DNA of 64,000 bases, taken from NCBI RefSeq assembly GCF_009914755.1, contig NC_060931.1; one strand, written 5' to 3'. The notes below the pieces were generated by a model. It was given only the letters and a program-made list of their open reading frames with translations, searched no databases and was not told the DNA's origin. The position numbers and the translations under genes were made by a program. Source of the stretch: the human T2T-CHM13v2.0 reference genome, Homo sapiens. This document shows positions 25,201 to 38,700 of the stretch, piece after piece. Numbering within the stretch: the stretch's first letter is position 1; each line of letters begins with the position of its first letter.

Positions 25201-28200
25201 GAATCATCATCGAATGCAATCGAATGGAACCATTGAATGAAATCAAATGGAATAATCATTGAATGGAGTTGAATGGAATTATCGAATGGAATCAAATGGA
25301 ATCATCAAATGGAATCCAGGAGAATCATCATCGAATGGAGTCGAATGGAATCATCAAATGGACTCAAATGGAATCATTGAACTGACTTGAATGAAATGAT
25401 CGAATGGACTCAAATGGAATCATCATTTTATGGAATTGAATGGAATCCTCGAATAGATTCAAATGGAAACATCAAATGAAATCGAATAGCATCATCATTG
25501 AATGGAATCGCATGGAATCTTCAAATGGAATCTAAGGCAATCATCATCGAATGGAATCAGTTGGTATCATGGAAGGGAATCAAATGGAATCATCATCAAG
25601 TGGAATCGAGTGGAATCATAGAAAGGAATCGATTGGAATCATTGTCAAATAGAATGTAATGGAATCAAATAATGGAATTCAATGGAATCACCAATGAATG
25701 GAATGGAATGCAATCATCATCAAATGGAAAAGAATGTAATCATTGAATGGACTTGAATGGATTCATCATCGACTGGAATCATGTGAAATTATCTAATGAG
25801 CATGAATAGAATCAACATCGAATGGAATCAAATTGAATCATCTAATGTATTCGAATGGAATTATCACTGAATGGAATAGAATGGAATCATCGAATGGAAT
25901 AGAAAGAAACATCATCATTTGGATTCGAATGGAATCATCTATTGGACTCGAATGTAATCATCAGAGATTGGAATCAAATGGAATAATCAAATGGACTCGA
26001 ATGGAATCATCATCAAATAGAATCAAATGGTATCATCGGATACACTCGAAGTGAATCCACAACAAATGGTTTCGAATGGTATCATCGAATGGAATCAAAT
26101 GGAATCATCTTCAATTGGCATCGAAAGAAATCACTGAATGGACTCGAATGGAATAATTGAAAGGAATCAAATGGAATCATTGAATTGAATCGAATGGAAT
26201 AATCATCAAATGGAATTGAATGGAAACATCGAGTGGACTAGAAGGGAATAATCATCGTATGGAATCGAATGGAATCATTGAAATGAATTGAATGGAATCA
26301 TCATCGAATGGAATCAAATGGAATCATCATCGAACGGAATTGAAAAGAATCATCACCAAATGGAGCCAAATGGAATCATCATCGAATGGAATACAAAGGA
26401 ATCAGCATCGAATGGAACCAAGTGGAATCATCATTGAATGGAAATAAAAGGAGTCATCATCGAATGGAATCACATGGAAACATCATCAAATGGAATCAAA
26501 TGGAATCATCGAATGGAATTGAATGGAATCACCAACAAATGAATTGAATGGAATCATCGAATTGTCTCGAATGGAATAATTATCAAATAGAATCAAAAGG
26601 ATTCTCCGAATAGAATCGAATGGAATAATAATTGAATGGACCTGAATGGAAACATCATCAAATGGAATCAAAAGGAATTATCGAATGGAATCGAATAGTA
26701 TCATCGAATGGACTCGAATGGAATCATCGAATGGAATGGAATGGAATGGAATAATCAATGAATTCGAATGGAATCATTGTTGAATGGAATCGAGTGGAAT
26801 AATCGAATGGAATCAAATGGAATCATCATCGAATGGAATTGAATGGAATAATCATCAAATGGAATAGAAAAGTATCAACATCCAATGGAATTTAATGGAA
26901 TCATATTCGAAGGGAATCCAAAGGAGTCATCATCGAATGGAACTGAGTGGAATCATCACCAAATGGAACCGAAAGGAGTCATCATCGAATGGAATCACAT
27001 GGAATCATCATCGAATGGAATTGAATGGAATCATCATCAAATGGAATCTAATGGAATCATCAAATGGAATTGAATGGAATCATCATCTAATGAATTGAAT
27101 GGAATCAGCGAATGATCTCGAGTGGAATCGTCATCAAATGGAATCGAATGGAATCATCCAATAGAATCAAATGGAATAATCATCGAATGGACACGAATGG
27201 AGTCAACATCAAATGGAATTGAAAGGAATTATCGAATGGAATCAAATAGAATCGTTGAATGGACTCGAATGGAATCCTCGAATGGAATGGAATGGAATAA
27301 TCAGTGGACTCGAATGGAATCATCATCGAATGGAATCGAATGGAATCATCGAATGGACTTGAATGAAATCATCACCTAATGGAATGAAATGGAATTATCG
27401 AATGGAAGCTTCATCAAATGGACTCAAATGGAATCATTCAATGGGCTCGAATGGAATCATCAAATGGACTCGAATGGTTTCATCAAATGGTCTCGAATGT
27501 AATCATCATTGAATGGTAAAGAATGGATTCACTGAATGGACTTGAATGGAATAATCATCGAATGGAATCGAATGGAATCGAATGGAATCATCGTCGGGTG
27601 GAAACGAATGGAATGATCATCGAATGGAATGATTGAATGGAATCAGATGGTATCATAATCGAACGGAATAAAATAGAGTCATCAAATGAAATCTAATGAA
27701 ATCATCATTGAACAGACTCAAATTGAATCATCATCAAATGGACTCCAATGGAATCATCATCCAATGGAATAAAAAGGAATCAACATTGAATGGAATCCTC
27801 ATCCAATGGAATAAAAAGGAATCAACATTGAATGGAATCGAATGGAAACACCATCGAATTGAATAGAATGGAATCATCATGTAATTTAAACAAATGGACT
27901 CATGACCGAATGGATTCCTATGGAATCATCTAAAGGAATTGATTGGAGTCATCATCAAATTGAATCGAATGGAATCATCAAAGGGACCAAAATGGAATCA
28001 TCACTGAATGGAATAAAATGGACTCATAATCGAATGGAATCGAATGGAATCATCTAACGGACCCAAATGGAATCACCATTGGATTGAATACAATGGAATC
28101 ATAATCGAATGGAATCGAATGGAATCATCTAATGGACACAAATAGCATCAACATTGAATGGAATCGAATGGAATCATCTAATGTACTCGAATGGAATCAT

Positions 28201-31200
28201 CATCTAATGGAATAGAATGGAATCATCGAATGGAATCAAATGGAGTCATCATCGTATGGAATCGTGTGGAAATATCGAATGGACTCGAAAGTAGTCAACA
28301 GAGAATGGAATCGAATGGAATCATCTAATGGACTCGAATGGAATCAACATCAAAGGAATATAATGGAATCATCATCGAATGGAATCAAATTGAATCATCT
28401 AATAGACCGAGTGGAATCATCAGTGAATGGAAAAAAAAATGGAATAAACATCAAATGGATTCAAATGGAATCATCTAATGGACAGGAATGGAATCATGAT
28501 TGGATTGAATAGAATGGAATCATCATCGATTGTAATTGAAAGGAATCATCTAAAGGACGCGAATAGCATCATCATTGAATGGAATTGAATGGAATCATCT
28601 AATGTTCTCGAATGGAATCATCATCTCTTGGAATAGAACTGAATCATCGAATGGTATCGAATGGAGTCATCATCATATGGAATCGAGTGGAGTCATCGAA
28701 TGGACTCGAAAGTAATCATCAGGGAATGGAATCAAATGGAATCATCGAATGGACTAGAATGGAATCATCATCGAGTGTAATCGAATGGAATCACCTAATG
28801 CACCCGAATGGAATCATCATTGAATGGAATCGAATGGAATTATTGAATGGACTCGAATGAAATCATCATAGAATATAATCGAAAACAATCATTAAATGGA
28901 TTCAAATAGAATCATCAAATGGCTCAAATGGAATCACCATCGAATTGAATCACATGGAATCACTGACTGGACACGAATGGAATCTTCATCGAATGGAATC
29001 ACATTTAATCATCGAATGTACTCAAATGGAATCATCATCGAATGGAAACAAATGAAATCACTGAATGGACTCGAATGGAATCATCATTGAATGGAATCAA
29101 AGGAAATCATTGAATGCACTCAAATGGAATGATCATTGAATGGAATCATATGGAATCATCTAACTGACTCTAATGGAGCCATCATCAAATGGAATCGAAT
29201 GGATTCATCAAATAGACTCGAATGGAGTCATCATCAATTGTAATTGAATGGAATTATCAAATGGACTCTAGTGGAATCAGCGTCAAATGAAATGGAAAGG
29301 AATCATCAAATTGACTCTAATGGAATCATCATCGAATGGAATCAAGTGGAATCATCGATTGGACATGAATAGAATCATCAAATGGACTCTAAAGGAATCA
29401 TCATCGAATGGAATCAAATGAAATCATCATCCGATGGAATCGAATGGAATCATCACTGAATGGAATCGAATGGAGTCATCGAATGGAATGAGATGGAATC
29501 ATCATCGAATGGAATCAATTAGAAGCATCCTATGAAATTCAAAGTAATCATCAACGAACGGACTCAAATGGAATCATCAATGAAAGGATTCGAATGGAAT
29601 CATCGTCAAATACAATCTAATGGAATCATCATCGAATGGAATCGAATGGAAACATCATCGAATTGAATCAAATGGAACCATGATGGAATTGAATTGAATG
29701 GATCATCATTGAATGGAATCAAATGCAATCATCATCGAATGGCATAGAATGGAATCATTGAATGGAATCGAATGGAATCATCGTCAAAAGGAATCGAACG
29801 GAACCATTGAATGAAATTGAATGGAATCACCATGGAATAGAGTCGAATGAAATCATCATCGAATGGAATCTACTGGAATCATCAATTAAGAGAATCGAAT
29901 GGAATCATCAGCGAATGGTATCAAATGGAATCATCAACAAGTGGAATCGAATGGATTCATGGAATGGAATCCCATGGAATCATCATCAAATGGAAACAAT
30001 TGGAATCATCGAATGGACTCGAAAGTAGTCATCGTCAAATGGACTCGAATGCAATCATCATCGAATTGAATCAAAATGTGTCATTGAATGGACTCAAGTG
30101 GAATCATCGAATGGACTCGAATGGCACATCATCGAATGGAGTTAAATGGAATCATCGAATGGCATCGAATAGCATCATCAATGAAGGGAATCTAAGGGAA
30201 TAAGCGAATGGACTCGAAAGGAATCAACGAATGGACTCGAGTGGAATCATTATAATATGGAATCTTCGAGTGGACTTGAATGGATTCTTCATAGAATGGA
30301 ATAGAATGGAATCATCAAATGGATTCGAATGGAATCATTGTCAAATGGAATCTAATGGAATCATCGAATGGAATTGAATGGAATCATCATCGAATGGGAT
30401 GGAATGGAATCATCGAATGGCATCAAATGGAATCATCATCGAATGGAATGGAATGCAATCATCGAATGGACTAGAATGGAATCACTATCAAATGGTATCG
30501 AGTGGAAACTATGAATGGTCTCGATTGAAATCTTCAATGAATGCAATCAAATGGAATCATCATCAAATGGAATCGAATGGAATTATCATCGAATGGAATC
30601 GAATGGAATCATACAATGGAATAGAATTGTATCATCATCAAATGGAATCAAATAGAATCATCGAATGAAATCGAATGAAATAATCATCGAGTGTAATTGA
30701 ATGGAATAATAATAGTTTGGAATCTAATGGAATCATCATCGAATGGAATAAAAAGGAATCATCAAATGGAATATAATTGAATCATCATCGAAAGGAATTG
30801 AATAGAATCATCGAAAGAAATCGAATGGAAACATAATTGAATGGAATCAAATGGAATCATCATCGAATGGAATCGAATGGAATGATCATCGAATGGAAAC
30901 AAATGGAATCATCCAATGTAATAGAATTGAATCATCATCGAATAAAATCATCAAATGAAATGGAATGGACTCATCATCCAATTGACTTGAATGGAGTCAT
31001 CGAATGTACTCGAATGGAATCATCATCAAATAGAATAGTGTGGAATCATCGAATGGAGTTGAATGGAATCATCATCGAACGAAATCAAATGGAATCATCG
31101 AATGGACTCGAGTGGAATCATCATTGAGTGGAATCGAATGGAATCATTGAATGGACTCCAATGGAATCTTCATGGAATGGAATTTAAAGGAATCATCAAA

Positions 31201-34200
31201 TGGACTTGAATGGAATCATTGAATGGACATGAATGGAGTCATCATTGAATGAAATAGAATGGAATCATTGAATGGGCACGAATGGAATCATCATCAAATG
31301 GAAACGAATGGAACCATAGAATGGAATCGAATGCAATCATCATTGAATGGAATCAAACGGAATCATCGAATGGAATCTAATGGAATCTATGAATAGACTC
31401 GATTGAATTCTTCATCGAATGCAATCGAATGGAATCATCATTGAATGGAACCGAATGGAACCATCATCGAATGGAATCAAATGGAATCATCCAATGGAAT
31501 CAAATTGTATCATCATCAAATGCAATCAAATAGAATCATCGAATGAAATCTAATGAAATCACCATCGAGTGTAATTGAATGGAATAATCATAGTTTGGAA
31601 TCGAATGGATTCATCATCGAATGGAATAAAATGGACTCAAAGTGAATCATTGAATTGACTCGAATGAAAATATCAAATGGATTCGAATGGAATCATCTTT
31701 GAATGAAATCGAATGGAATCCTTGAAGAGAATCAAATGGAATTATGAAATGGAATTGATCAGAATCATCATTGAATGGAATCGAATGGAATCATCGAATG
31801 GAATTTAAGGCAGTCATCATAGAAAGGAATCAAATGGAGTCATCGAATGGAATCGAAAGGAATCATCGTCAAGTGGAATTGAGTGGAATCATCAAATGGA
31901 ATCGAATGGAATCATTGTCGAATGGAAAGGAATGGGATCAATGAATGGAATTGAATGGAATCAACAATGAATGGAATTGAATGGACTCATCATCGAATGG
32001 AATCGAATGGAATCATCATACAATGGAATCGTGTGAAATCACCTAATGGGCACGAATAGAATCATCATCAAATGGAATCGAATGGAATCATCATCAAATA
32101 GAATCAAATGGAATCCCTGAATGGACTCGAATGGAATCATCATCAAATGGAATCAAATGGAATCATCTAATGGACTCGAAAACAATCATCTTCAAATGAA
32201 ATCGAATGGAATCACCGAATGGACACGAATGGAATCATCATCTAATAGAATCGAATGGCATCAATCAATTGACTCAAATTGAATATAATCGAATTGAATC
32301 AAAAGCAATCATCGAATGGACTCAAATGGAATTATCGAATACACTCGAATGGAATCATCGAATGGACCCAAATGGATTCATAATCAAATGGACTCAAATG
32401 GAATAATCAAATGCACTCGAATGGAATCATCGATTGGACTCAAATGGAATTATCAAATGGGCTCGAATGGAAACATCGAATGGACACGAATGGAATCATT
32501 ATCAAATGGAATCAAATGGAATCATCGAACGAAATCAAATAGAATCAGCGAATGGAATTGATCGGAATCATCATCAAATGGAATCAAATGGAATCATCAA
32601 ATAACTCGAATGGAACCATTATTGAATTGAATCAAATGGAATCATTGAATGGAATCAAATGGAATCATCGAATGGAATCGCATGTAAATATAGAATGGAA
32701 TCGATCGGAATCATCATCGAATGGAATCAAATGGAATCATCGAATGGAATTGAATAGAATCATCAACAAATAGAATCGAATGGAATATTGGAATGGAATC
32801 ATCATCAAATGGAGTCCAATGAAATCATCAAATGGACTCGAATGGAATCATCATAGAATGGAATGGAATGGAATCATCGAATGGAATTGAATAGAATCGA
32901 ATGGTATCATCGAATGCACTTGAATGAAATCACCAACGAATGGCATCGAATGGTATCATCGAATGTAATCGATTGGAATCATCTTCAATTGGGATCGAAA
33001 GGAGTCACCAAATGGACACAAAAGGAATAATAATCGAAAGGAATTGAATGGAATCATCGAATGGAATCATTGAAAAGACTCGAATGGAATCATCGAATGG
33101 ACTCGAATGGAATCACCATCGTATAGAATCGAATTGAATCATCATTGAATGTTATCTAATGGAATCATCAACGAATGGAATCGAAAAGAATCAACATCAA
33201 ATGGAGTCGAATGGAAACATCATCGAATGCAATCCAAACGAATGATCATCGAATGGAAGCAAAAGGAGTCATCAATGAAAGGAATAACATGGAATCATCA
33301 ACAAATGGACTCGAATGGAATCATCATTGAATGGAATTGAAAGGAATCATCAAATGGACTTGAATGGAATCATTCAAAGAACTCAAATGGAATCCACATC
33401 AAATGGAACCAAATCGAATTGTCATCAAATGGAACCGAAAGGAGTCATCATCGAATGGAATTGCATGGAATCATCATCGAATGGACTCGAATGGAATCAT
33501 CATTGAATGGAATTGAAAGGAATCATCAAATGGAGTTGAATGGAATCATTCAAAGAACTCAAATGGAATCATCATCGAATGAAATCGAATGAAGTCATCG
33601 AATGGATATGAATGGAATCATCATTGAATGGAATTGAGTGGAATCTTCGAATGGAATCGAATGGAATCATCACTGAATGGAATCAAAAGTAATCCTCAAC
33701 GAATGGAATCAAATGGAATCATCATCGAACGGAACCTAACAGAATCAATATCCAATGGAACTGAATGGAATCATCAATGAATGGAATCGAATAGAGAAAT
33801 CGAAAGGAATACATTGGAATCATCATCAAAAGGAACCAAATGCAGTCCTCATCAAATGGAATCAAACGGAATCATCATTGAAAGGAATCAAAGGAAATCA
33901 TCAAATGAAATCGAATGGAATAATCCAATGGAATCGAATGGAATCATCATCGAATGGACTCCAATGGAATTATCATTGAATGGTATCGAATCGGATCATT
34001 GAATGGACTCGAATGGAATAATCAAATGGACTCAAATGGAATCATCAAATGGAATCGAATGGAAAAATCGAATGGAATCGAAAGGAAACATCATGGAAGG
34101 CAATCGAAAGGAATCATCAAATGGACTGGAATGGAATCATTGAATGGACTCGAATGGAATGATCATCGAATGGAATAGAGTGTAATTCTCGAATGTAATC

Positions 34201-35770
34201 AAATGGAATCATCAAATGGAATTGAACAGAATCATCATCAAACGGAATTAAATGGAATCTTCGAATGAAATTCAATGCAATCATCATCGAATGGAATTGA
34301 ATGGAATTATCATCGAATAGCATCAAATGGAATCATGGAATGGAATTGAATGGAGTCATCATCAACTGGAATCGAGTGTAACGATATAATGGAATCAAAT
34401 GGAACCATTGTCAAATGGAATGGAATGGAATCAATGAATGGAATTGAATGGAATCACCAATGAATGGAATGGAATGGAGTCATCATTGCATGGAATCAAA
34501 TGGAATCATCGAATGGAAGCGAATGGAATCATCATCAAATGGAATCATGTGGAATCATCTAATGGGCAAGAATAGAATCATCATCGAATGGAATCGAATG
34601 GAATCATCTAATGTACTCAAATGGAATCATCAATGAATGGAATAGAATGGAATCATCGAATGGAATTGAACGGAATCATCATCGTATGGAATCGAGTGGA
34701 ATCATCTAATGGACTCGAATGTAATCACCGGAGAATGGAAACAAATGGAATCATCAAACGGACTGGAATGGAATCATCATCAAATGGAATGGATTGGAAT
34801 CATCGAATGGACTTGAGTGGAATCATCATCGAATATAATCAAGAGCAATCATCAAATGGATTTGAATAGAATCATCGAATGGACTCAAATGGAATCATAA
34901 TCCAATGGAATCAAATGGATGCATCGAATGGACTCAAATGGAATCATCATCAAATGAAATCATATGGAATCATACAATGGACTCGAATGGAATCATCATC
35001 AAATGGACTCAAAAAGAATTATCGAATGGACTCGAATGGAATCATCATTGAATGGACTCAAATGGAATGATCGAACGGACTTGAATGCAATCACGGACTG
35101 GACTCAAATGGAATTATCGAATGGGCTCGAATGGAATCATCAAATGGACTAAAATGGAATCATTATCGAATGGAATCAAATGTAATCACAGAATGGAATC
35201 AAAAGTAATCATCGAACATAATCGATCGCAAACATCATCAAATGGAAACAAATGTAATCATCAAATGCAATGGAATGCAGTAATCATCAAATGGAGTCGC
35301 ATGGAATCATCATTGAACAGAATTCAATGGAATCACCAAATGGAATCCAATGGAATCATCCTGAAATGTACTCGAATGGAATCATCGAATGGAATCAAAT
35401 GGAACAATCGAATAGAATTAAATGGAATCAGCGTCGAACGATATCTAATGGAATCAACATCGAATAGAATCGAATGGAATCTTTGATTTGAATCATCATC
35501 AAATGGAGTCAAATGGAATTATCAAATGGACTCTAAAGCAATCATCATAGAATGGAATTGAATGGAATTATTGAGTGAAATCGAATGGATTCATCATTGA
35601 ATTGGATCGAATGGTATCATGGAATACACTCAAATGGTATCATGAACGAATGGTATCAAATGGTATCCTCGAATGGAATCGAATGGAATCATCTTCAGTT
35701 GGAATCAAAAGGAATCACCGAATGGACACGTATGGAATAATCATCAAAAGGAATCAAATGGAATCATTGA
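22281..35770 (+). repeat. Human Satellite 2 (HSat2/HSATII)-type array, diverged; GGAAT strand on +
   Basis: 23/26-bp grammar GAATGGAATC(ATC)1-2GAATGGAATC with GGACTCGAAT variants throughout; the ATC insertions stop after ~35768. Confidence 0.93.
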
Positions 35771-38700
35771 ATGGAATCGAATGGAAGGGAATCGATTGGA
35801 ATAGAATCAAATGGAATGGAATTGATTGGAATTGAAAGGAATAGAATGGAATGGAGTGTAATGGAAAGATATCCAATGGAAGGTCATGGAATGGAATGGA
35901 ATGGACTGGAATGGAACGGACTGAAATGGAATGGACTGGAGAGGAATGGACCGGAATGAATGGAAAAGCATGGGATGGAATGGAGTGAAATGGAAAGGAA
36001 TAGATTGGAATATAATGGGATGGAACGGAATGGAAAGAAATGGAATGGAATGGAGTCAAATGGATTAGTATTGAATGCAATGGCATCGAATGGAGTAGAA
36101 TGTAATGGTATGGATCCAAATGTTATGGACTCGAATGGAATGGACTCAAATACAATGGGCTCAAAAGAATGGTATTGAATGGAATTTATTCAAATAGAAG
36201 GGAATCGAATGAATACAATAGAATGTTATGGAATCGAATGGAATGGAATCGAATGGAATGGACCAGAATGGAATGGGATGGAATAGAATGGATAAGAAAG
36301 TAATGGATTACAATGTAATTCATTTGAATGGAATGGAAGCGAATGGAATGTAATCAAACGGAATATAATAGAATGCAATAGAATGGAATAGAATGGAACA
36401 CAATGGAACCTAACGGAATGGATACAAGTGGAATGGAATGGAATCGAATGGAGTGGAGTCGAATGGAATGGACTGGAAGAAAATGGATTCATACGGATAG
36501 GAATCTAACAGAAAGGAATGGAATGGAAAGGAATCAAAAGGAAAGGAGTCGAATGTAATGGAATCGAATGTATTGGAATTTAATGGAATCGAAAGGAATA
36601 GAATGGAGTGGAGTGTAATGGAAAGATATCAAATGGAATGGAATGGAATGGAATGGCATGGACACGAATGGAATGGACAAGAATGTAATGGACTAGATGG
36701 AAATGAATGGAGGGGAATGTACTCTAATGGACTGGAAACGAATGGAATGGAATAGAATGCAATGGAAGGGAATGGAATGGAAAGGAAAAGAATGGAATGG
36801 AATCGGATGGAATGGAATGTAAGGGAATGGAGTCGACAGCAATAAAATCTAAAGGAATGGCATTGAATGGTATAGAATGGAATGCACTCGAATGGAATGG
36901 AATCGAATGGAATGGAAAGGAATGTAATGGAATGGAATGGACCCAAATGTAATGGACTCGAATAGAATGGACTCAAATAGAATGGACTCGAAAGCAATGG
37001 TCTCGAATGGAATTTATTCGAATACAATGGAATCGAATGGAATGCAATAGTATGGAATGGAATCGAAAGGCATGGATTGGAATGGAATGGACTGGAATAA
37101 AGAGGACTCAAATGTAATGGATTGCAATGTAATGGATTCGAATGGAATTGAATAGAATGGAATGGAATCAATTGGAATCTAATGGAATGCATCAGAATAG
37201 AATAGAATGGAATGCAATGGAATGGAAAGAAAGGGAGTGGAATCGAGTGGAATGGAATCAAATGGAATGGAATTGAATGGAATGGAATGAAACGAAATGG
37301 AATTGAAAAAAATGGATGTGGGACAAAACGGAATCGAATGGATTGGAATCAAACGGAACAGCATGGAATGGAATGGAATGGACTCGAATGGAATGGAGTA
37401 GAATGGAATGGAAGGGAATGGAATGGAATGGAATGGAATGGAATGGAATGTAATAGAAAGATATAGAATGGAATGCAATGAAATGGAACGGATTCGAATG
37501 GAATGGACTAGAATGGAATGCACTTGAATTCAATGGAAAAGAATGGAATGGAATGGAATGGAATGGAAAGGAATGGAAGGAATTGAATGCAATGAAATCG
37601 GATGGAAAGGAATGGAATGGAGTCGAATGGAATAGAATCGAATGGAATGGCATCAGATGGAATGGAATGGAATCGGCTCGAATGGAATGGAATCCAATGG
37701 AATATAAACGAATGGAATGGCATTAAATGGAATGGGATGGAATGGCATGGAATGTAATTGTCCCAAATGTAATGGATCTAAATGGAATGTAATCAAATAG
37801 AATGGTCTCGAAATGAATGGTCTCAAAAGGAATTAATTCAAATTGAATCAAATGGACTGGAATAAAATAGTTTGGAATGTAATCAAATGGAATGGAATCG
37901 AATGGATTGGACTGGAAATTGATGGACTGGTATAGAACGGACACGAATGTAATGGATTGCAATGTAATAGATTCAAATGGAATGGAAACAAATGGAATAT
38001 AATCAAATGGAAAGGAATGGAATGCAATGGAAGGGAATAGAATGCAATGCAATAGAATGGAACAGAGTGGAATCGAGAGGAATTGAATCGAACGGAGTGG
38101 AACTGACTGGAACAAAATGGAAATGAACGGATTGGAATCGAACGGAACAGAACGGAATGGAACAGAATGGAACATACTCGAATGGTATGGAGTTAAATGG
38201 AATATAATCAAATGGAATGGAATCGAATAGAATGGAATTGAGTGGAATCAAAAGGAATAGAATGGAATGGAGGGTAAAGGAAAGATATCGAATGAAATGG
38301 AATGGAATGGAATGGAATGGAATGGAGTCGAAAGGAATGAACTGGAATGGAATGTACTCGAATGGAATGGAATCGATTGGAATGTAATCCAATGGATTGG
38401 AATGGAAATCAATGGAATTCAATAGAATGCAATGCAAAGAAATGGAATGGAGTGGAATCGAATGGAATGGAATCGATTGGAATGGAATCGAATGGAATGG
38501 ACTGGAATGGTATGGACTCAAATGGAGTGGACTGGAACAATATGGAATGGAACAGATTGGAATTGAATGAAATGGAACGTAATGGAATGGAAAGGAATGG
38601 AATGGACTCGAATGTAATGGAGTTGAATGGAATGCAACCGAATGGAATGGAATCGAATGGAATGGCACTGAATGGAATAGAAAGGAATAGAATGGAATGG

